Shown piece after piece: positions 56,512 through 64,000 of a stretch of 64,000 nt of DNA. Below the pieces are notes generated by a model. It made no database searches. It worked only from the letters and a program-made list of their open reading frames with translations, and was not told the DNA's origin. The first letter of the stretch is position 1, and each line of letters opens with the position of its first letter. Origin of the DNA: Bryobacteraceae bacterium (GTDB taxonomy: Bacteria > Acidobacteriota > Terriglobia > Bryobacterales > Bryobacteraceae); the NCBI GenBank assembly GCA_039926185.1, contig JBDSXJ010000016.1, positions 14,786 through 78,785 of the forward strand, in the 5' to 3' direction. Made by a program: the position numbers and the translations under genes.

Positions 56512-57185
56512 TACTTTGTAGCTCCTTTGGCAGGAGTGGGGCCGTCCAGAGAAGGCATTTCGATTGGAGCCGGTCCGGGTTTATACTCCATGCCGGGGCG
56601 CGCACTTTCGGGGACATCGCTCATCGTGCCGTGTTGCGCTCTCTGGAGCATACGCAGGTAGGCGATGATCGCCCAGCGTTCGTTCGGGCGATTCTGCGCT
56701 CCATACGGCGGCATGGTGCGGCGACCATAGGTAATGACATTGAATAGATCCCCATCGGCGGCTTCGACGATGCGGTCTTCGGTGAGATTCTGCGGCTGCC
56801 AGGCGGTCCAGCGTTGCGAGACCATACCTTTGCCCATGCCGGTTTTGTCGTGGCAAGGGGCGCAATAAGTGTTGAAGCGCCATTCGCCTTCGGCGAGCAG
56901 TTCGGGCGTTACGGGGACAGGGCTCTTACCAACGTACATTCCGTCGGCTTGCAGGCCCGTGTTCAAAGGAGTGTCTTCCAGGAGATGTCCGCGAGCAATA
57001 ACGCCTTCAGGACGTCGCCGGGATGCCCGGCCGTCCACAAAGAGCCCGCTGCTTTGCTGGGCTTCGAACTTCGGCTGCAGCTTCATGTCGGGCCAGACTT
57101 GAATAGGAGGGGTCCGCTGGGCACCGGAGCATCCAGAAAGGATGAGCGCAGCGAAAACGAACAGGCTGAGGGAGAGGGTTTTCAT
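56511..57185 (-). CDS. actE: Alternative complex III subunit ActE (monoheme cytochrome c lipoprotein)
   Basis: ATG 57185 overlaps the actD stop (ATGA). Lipobox LILSGC and a single CAPCH. Confidence 0.85.
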   Translation of the reverse strand: MKTLSLSLFVFAALILSGCSGAQRTPPIQVWPDMKLQPKFEAQQSSGLFVDGRASRRRPEGVIARGHLLEDTPLNTGLQADGMYVGKSPVPVTPELLAEGEWRFNTYCAPCHDKTGMGKGMVSQRWTAWQPQNLTEDRIVEAADGDLFNVITYGRRTMPPYGAQNRPNERWAIIAYLRMLQRAQHGTMSDVPESARPGMEYKPGPAPIEMPSLDGPTPAKGATK

Positions 57186-57767
57186 CCGACCACAACCTCC
57201 ACTTCCTGCGCGCCCAAACTCATGAGGTCTGCTGCGGTTTTTTCGGCGCTGAACTTCGGATCGTCGGCTTCGACCACCAAGAGGAAGCGATCGTCCGAGG
57301 CGCGATGGAATTGCTTGTATTTCATCGTGGGGTGGTAGAGCTGCGGCAGGCCGTTGAGGGCGAAGATGCCGATCGTGGTCGAGATGCCGGAGAACAGAAC
57401 GGTGAGCTCGAAGGTGACCGGGATGGAGAAGGTGAAGTCGAACAGCGGTTTGCCACCGATGTTCAGCGCGTAGTTCATGACGCCGACGTAGTAGATCAGG
57501 CCCTGGGCGGCGGCCATGCCGAGCAGTGCGAAGCACACCACGATCCAGCCCAGTTTGCTGCGCGGGATGCCGATGGCGTCGTCGATGCCGTGGACCGGGA
57601 ACGGGCTCATCGCGTCGAGCTTGCGATATCCCATGCCGTAGATTTTCTTGCCTGCTTCGACCAAAGCTTCGGGCGTTTCAAAGGAGCCGATGGCAGCGTG
57701 CGTTTTGTCGCGCCCAATGCCGAGCTTCTCTTTGAACTGCTCGATGGCTTCCGCCGAGTTTTGAGGA

Positions 57768-57775
<8 letters not shown>
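57182..57775 (-). CDS. actD: Alternative complex III subunit ActD (DUF3341 membrane protein)
   Basis: ATG 57775. Sequence [31 protein letters not shown], followed by two TMs. Confidence 0.82.
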
Positions 57776-59194
<1,419 letters not shown>

Positions 59195-59198
<4 letters not shown>

Positions 59199-62185
59199 GC
59201 TTCCTTCTCCAATTCAGGATTCACGTTGCGCAACCGGCCTAAATAGGTGGTGCGCGGCTTGGTTTGCAATTCTTCGAGCAGGCCGTAGTTGCGCTCCTGC
59301 TTCTTGAGCTTGGCTACGCGGCTTGCGGGATCGTTGATGTTACCGAAGGCGATGGCGTCGGCCGGGCAGGTCTGCTGGCAGGCGGTTACAACATCTCCGT
59401 CCTTCAGCGTTCCGGGGGTTCCTGCGGGCGACTGGCGACCCGTGGCCTTGACCGAGATCTTGGCGTTCTGGATGCGCTGCACGCAGTAGGTGCATTTCTC
59501 CATGATGCCGCGCATACGCACGGTGACTTCCGGATTCTGCACCATCGCCAGGATGTCAGGCATTTCCTTGTGGTAGTTCAGGAAGTTAAAGTGACGGACC
59601 TTGTACGGGCAGTTGTTGGCGCAGTAGCGGGTGCCGACGCAGCGGTTGTACGCCATGTCATTGAGGCCTTCCGGGCTATGCGTGGTGGCGGCAACCGGGC
59701 AAACGTATTCGCAGGGAGCGTTCTCGCACTGCATACACGGAATGGGCTGCTCGACGGCGCGGGGATCTTCTTCATCGCCGACGTAATAGCGGTCGATGCG
59801 GAGCCAGTGCATTTCACGGCCCTTGAGCACCTGATCCTTACCGACGACCGGGGTGTTGTTTTCGGCCTGGCAGGCTACGACGCAGGCGTTGCAACCGGTG
59901 CAGGCACCGAGGTCGATCGCCATGCCCCATTGATAGCCAGTCGAGTAGTCGGCGACCGGAGGATGGATGGATTCGAGTTCGGGAACCTCCACCATTTCCT
60001 TGATGACGCCGGGTTCCTTGCGGTATTCGGCGATGCTGGTTTCACGGAAGACGGGACGGGTTTCGCCGCCGCCCTTGAAACCGAGGCCACTCAGTTCCGG
60101 TTCGATCATCGAACCATATTCCTGAGTGGTGGCGTGGACGTGGGTAGCGCCGGTCTTGGATAGAGCGAAACCGGGGGCGTACCAGAAGTTGTCGGAGGTG
60201 CGAATCAGGTTGGCGTTGAAGCCGACTTCGTTCCCGACGCTGCCGGCTCGGGTGCGTCCGTAACCGAGAGAGAGGGTGACTGCGCCTTCGGCCTGACCGG
60301 GCTGGATCATGACGGCCGCGTCGACCTTATAGGTACCCTGCGAAAGGGTGACCATGTCGCCACTGGCGAGGCTCTGTTCGCGGGCCATTTTGGGGCCGAC
60401 CAGGAGAGCGTTGCCCCAGACCAACTTGCTCATGGGGTCCGGGATTTCCTGCATCCAGGCGTTGTTGGAGAATTTGCCGTCCCAAGCCGCGGAACTGGGA
60501 ACAAAGGCGACTTCGATTCCGTTGGCTGGTGCGGCGGGTACGGCGGAGACTGCGGCGGCGATCGATGCGGCGTTGATCGCGGGGAAAACGGTTGCTGCGG
60601 TGTTCGCGACAACACCGTCGTTGAGAGCTTTCTTCCAGGCGGCTTCGCTGAGGGCGGCGGTCTTCTTAACCAGCGCGTAGCCCTTCTTGTCGGCGGAACC
60701 GGCAAGCTCGGCGATCACTTCGATGGCGCTCTTGCCACCGTACAGAGGCTCAATCATCGGCTGCTGGATTGAGACCACACCCTCGGTGGTGCGGGTGTCG
60801 CCCCAGGTTTCGAGGTAATGCGCTTCCGGCAGGTGCCACTTGGCGGCGGAGGCCGTTTCGTTGACATGCATGCCAAGGTGGATCGATGTCGCAACCTTGG
60901 CGAGAGCGGAAGAGAATTGCAGGTCGGCCGGAGCCGAGTACGCGGGGTTGCCGCTGACGATGATGATGGCGTTGACCTGTCCGGCGTTCATCGCACCGGT
61001 CAGAGTGCGGAGCGCTTCGATGCCGGCGTCCACACGGTCGGGACGGGCAGCGGAGGTGTAGGTTACGGTCTTCGCACCGAGCGCCTGGTTGATCTGGTGG
61101 GCGAGAGCGTGAACTGCGGCCGGTTGGCGGGGACCCGCTACGACGAGCGCATCGGCTCCTGCGGCCTTGAGGTCTTTTACGACGGCGGCGAGGAACTGCG
61201 AACGCTTGTCAGCACCAGCTGACGGCGCTACCGACAGGCCAGCCAAGAGATCGGCGGCGAACTGCTTGATTTCCCCGCCCTTGGCGCGGAGGCGATGTTC
61301 GGAGTTGGCACCAGTCAGCGAGAATTGGCTTTCGACTACGTACAGGCGGCTGAGGCGCTCGATGTCTTCTTCGGCTTCGACGCGGCGGCGCTTCGAGAAC
61401 AGCTTTGTCGCGAGCGGTGAGGCCGTATCGAGACCCAGGAAATCGTTATCGAGAGAAAGAACAACCTGCGCCTTATCGTAGGCGGGATGCACGTGAAGCG
61501 GCTGACCGAAGGCGATCACCGCGCCCTGGCGTTCGTTTTCGCGCGAGACGGCGTCGAACTCAATCCAGCGTGCTGCGGGGTATTTTGCGAGTAGTTGGTC
61601 GCGCAGAGCTTCGAGCGTCGGAGAAGCAACCGATTCGCTGAGGACGCGGAGACCAGCACCGTCGCCGAGGCTCAGGCCAGCGGCTGCGGTGGAGAAGGCT
61701 TCCCACGTCGATTCCTTACCGCCGCTCATGACGAGCTTGGAACGGTCCGGATCGTAGATATCAAGAACACTGGCCTGCATCAGGGCAGTGGCTGCACCTT
61801 GGCTCGACGGATGGTCGGGATTGCCTTCGACCTTGACCGGGCGGCCATCGAAGGTTTTGATCACGAGGCCGGTGGCTTGGCCGTTGATGACGATCGAGGT
61901 GGTGTAGTTATAGGGAGAGCCGGGAACGTAATCTTCCTGACCGCGGGCCTGCGGCGCGAAGCGCATTTCAGGTCGCGAACAGGCGACCAGGCCAGCCATG
62001 CCGAAGGAAGCGGCCATCAACTTTAAGATAGTGCGGCGGGAATTGCCGTCGAGCATTTCGGCGGCGGTGGAGGGAAATTCACGCTCAACCCATTGCCGAA
62101 ATTCGGGAGCGTTGGAGGCTTGATCCAGACTGCGCCAGTACTTCGGGCCAGTCTTGGGTGCTGTTTTGATTTGAACGAAACTCAT
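59195..62185 (-). CDS. actB: Alternative complex III subunit ActB (molybdopterin-like domain fused to 4Fe-4S ferredoxin domain, Tat signal)
   Basis: ATG 62185 overlaps the actA stop (ATGA). Tat motif [12 protein letters not shown]. Fe-S motifs [40 protein letters not shown] and CQQTCP. Confidence 0.9.
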
Positions 62186-62829
62186 CGATGACACCCCGAG
62201 CAGTTGGTAGGCGGATTGATCTTCTTCTCCGCGATGATCTTGCGGCCGATCTCGGCGGGATCGCCATCCGGAACCCAGTCGAGCTGCGTGACGAGGTTGG
62301 CGGGGCGGATATTCGGCGCAGGATTGCGATGGCAATCCACGCACCAAGCCATGTTGAGCGGCTTTTCCTGGCGGACTTCCACCATCTGATCGACACGGCC
62401 GTGGCAGGTGACACAGCTTACGCCAGAGCCGATGTGGGCCTGGTGATTAAAGAAGACGTAGTCCGGGAGATCGTGAATCTTGAGCCAGTGGATCGGCTCC
62501 CCGGTTTCGTAGGAGTTGCGCACCTTTTCGAGGCGCGGGCTGGCGGGGCGCACTTGCGAGTGGCAGCCCATGCACGTCTCCGTACCGGGGATCGCCGCGA
62601 AAGCGCCGCGATAGACGGTGGAGTGGCAATAGAAGCAGTTCATCCCGAGTTCGCCGGCGTGGAGCTTGTGGCTATAGGCCACGGGCTGCACGGGCTGATA
62701 CCCGGTATCGATGACTGTGGGATAACTAAGATAGGCGAAGGCGGCGATGCCGCTCACGGCGCCGAGTCCGATTACGGCTCCGACGACTTTTAAGATGAGG
62801 TCAGACGACTTGGAGAAAATGGCTGCCAT
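62182..62829 (-). CDS. actA: Alternative complex III subunit ActA (pentaheme cytochrome c, N-terminal TM anchor)
   Basis: Five CxxCH motifs: CFYCH, CMGCH, CVTCH, CVDCH and CSGCH. Confidence 0.9.
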   Translation of the reverse strand: MAAIFSKSSDLILKVVGAVIGLGAVSGIAAFAYLSYPTVIDTGYQPVQPVAYSHKLHAGELGMNCFYCHSTVYRGAFAAIPGTETCMGCHSQVRPASPRLEKVRNSYETGEPIHWLKIHDLPDYVFFNHQAHIGSGVSCVTCHGRVDQMVEVRQEKPLNMAWCVDCHRNPAPNIRPANLVTQLDWVPDGDPAEIGRKIIAEKKINPPTNCSGCHR

Positions 62830-63010
62830 CGTTTTGCTTTCTCAGGCGTACCCCTTACTAGAAACTTGAGGACCTTGATGTTGTTGAGCTTTCATAGGTT
62901 GTACCACGCTGCTGGTTCGTCCGCAACCGGAGACCTATTTCTTGCATAACAGGAACACCTACAGTTTAACAAGAAGTTTCGGCGATCTCAAGGTTAGATT
63001 TAAGCTGATC

Positions 63011-64000
63011 GTGCTGCACAACCTGTTCTTCCTAGTGCTGTCATCGTCCGCATACTTCTCGCTAATACCGCTGTTTGAGCAGCAGGTCGCGGTCGGCAGG
63101 ACCCGGGAGATGGCGGAGGCCGACCCGGCGTACCGGGAGGCCGTTCTTCGCGCTAAGATCACTCTTTTCTTAGTATTGGGAGCGATATATGTGGCGGCGG
63201 TTGTACTATTGGAGGCTGCCATCATGCCTCTTTATGTATATAGGCCACTACGGGTGATGCTGGACGCGGATACGGCCACAAGGGCTGGGGATCGGCAGAG
63301 AGAGCTGATCCCGCCCCCGGAAATTCCTGGCGATGAGATCGGCCAAATCATGATGTCGCGCAATGAAACCGTCGCGGAACTGCGTCGGCGGGAGGATGAA
63401 CTGGCCACGGCACTGCGGCGGCTGGAGGACCAGGACCGGCTGGTAAGCCTGGGACTGTTGTCGGCGAGTGTGGCGCACGAGTTGAATACGCCGCTGGCGG
63501 TGCTGCATGGGTCGGTTGAGAAGCTGATCGAGACGACGCAGGACGCGCATACCTTGGAGCGGCTGGCCAGGGTCCAGAGGGTTACGGAGCGGCTGCAGAC
63601 GATTAGCGAGAGTTTGCTGGATTTCGCCAAAGCGAGGACGCAGAAGACGGAGTCTGTCGGGGTCCGGGAGCTGATCGACGATGCTTGGGATCTGGTGGCA
63701 ATCGACGCACGGGCAGCGGGGATCACGTTTACGAATCACGTGGCGGCAGAGGTGCAGGTGGTCGGGAATCCGGACCGGTTGGCGCAGGTGTTCGTGAATT
63801 TGCTGCGCAATGCGATGAATGCTTTCGAGGGCTCGCATGTGGGGCATGTCGAGGTCCGGACGCGGGCGCTGCGGCGTGGCGGGCGCGAGGGCCTGGCGAT
63901 CGCGGTGGAGGACAACGGCCCCGGAATTCCGCCCGAGGTGCTGCCGGAGATTTTCGACGCCTTTGTGACGACAAGGCTCGATGCGCATGGGACGGGGTTA
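63011..64000 (+). CDS. Sensor histidine kinase, partial (runs off the right edge)
   Basis: Absent from the ORF track because there is no stop in the window. Manual translation shows two TM-like segments, H-box SASVAHELNTPLAV, N-box NLLRNAMNA, G1 EDNGPGIP, and GTGL at the last bases. Start is uncertain (GTG 63011 or TTG 62942). Confidence 0.8.
   Translation, partial: MLHNLFFLVLSSSAYFSLIPLFEQQVAVGRTREMAEADPAYREAVLRAKITLFLVLGAIYVAAVVLLEAAIMPLYVYRPLRVMLDADTATRAGDRQRELIPPPEIPGDEIGQIMMSRNETVAELRRREDELATALRRLEDQDRLVSLGLLSASVAHELNTPLAVLHGSVEKLIETTQDAHTLERLARVQRVTERLQTISESLLDFAKARTQKTESVGVRELIDDAWDLVAIDARAAGITFTNHVAAEVQVVGNPDRLAQVFVNLLRNAMNAFEGSHVGHVEVRTRALRRGGREGLAIAVEDNGPGIPPEVLPEIFDAFVTTRLDAHGTGL

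Noticed and set aside
63232-63988. Minus-strand ORFs of 164 aa, 246 aa and 81 aa at the right edge.
   Set aside because: The plus strand here encodes a histidine kinase with H, N, G1 and G2 boxes. That gene is missing from the ORF track only because it has no stop in the window. The minus-strand frames are Arg/Pro-rich antisense artefacts.

Overview
High-GC (roughly 60% by eye), densely coding chromosomal segment with about 63 protein-coding genes. I found no rRNA, tRNA, CRISPR array, transposase or integrase. The gene families suggest an acidobacterial genome of the Solibacter/Bryobacter type: secreted VWA-related paralogues, a TIGR03435-like protein, and an FG-GAP protein with a Solibacter-type C-terminal domain. 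That taxonomic call rests on my memory of family distributions, not on a search.

Content from left to right:
- Polyamine genes aguA (partial) and aguB.
- Queuosine genes queG, queC and queE, interleaved with a fused membrane/spermidine-synthase-like gene and an OPT transporter.
- A TonB-dependent receptor, patatin, small ORF and 2H-phosphoesterase string.
- An orphan HlyD-type adaptor.
- A DUF1844, hicB, hicA, MBL, ribF, aldolase, PPK2 string.
- A 967-aa FG-GAP lipoprotein.
- Two DUF4412-like proteins plus a TolB-like propeller.
- An ABC-2 transporter whose permease is frameshifted.
- A PQQ dehydrogenase.
- A VWA, VWA, 67-aa, DinB module.
- kdsB-pyrG-kdsA with an appended small-ORF/nucleotidyltransferase pair.
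- Two tandem 508/519-aa VWA-related paralogues.
- A tetR-tolC-hlyD-ABC-ABC-permease-permease (YbhGFSR-like) efflux operon.
- A ~15 kb same-strand respiratory supercluster: alternative complex III actABCDEF, SCO1, and caa3-type oxidase subunits II-I-III-IV. It is followed by yceH, a deoxyhypusine-synthase-like gene and a TIGR03435-like gene.
- A partial histidine kinase at the right edge.

Most notable observations:
- Complementary N- and C-terminal halves of a decayed vapBC (AbrB/PIN) locus lie on opposite strands at the two ends of the efflux operon. This suggests a 7.9 kb inversion.
- A ~45-nt double-hairpin REP-like element occurs in three copies with compensatory stem changes.
- Several tightly coupled modules of unknown function are present: VWA-VWA-small-DinB, patatin/small/2H, small ORF + nucleotidyltransferase, and DUF4412 pair + propeller.
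- A perfect 8-4-8 palindrome with a 15-nt duplication sits at the tetR start.

No clearly recognisable novel defence or mobile system was seen. The unknown-function modules are candidates only.
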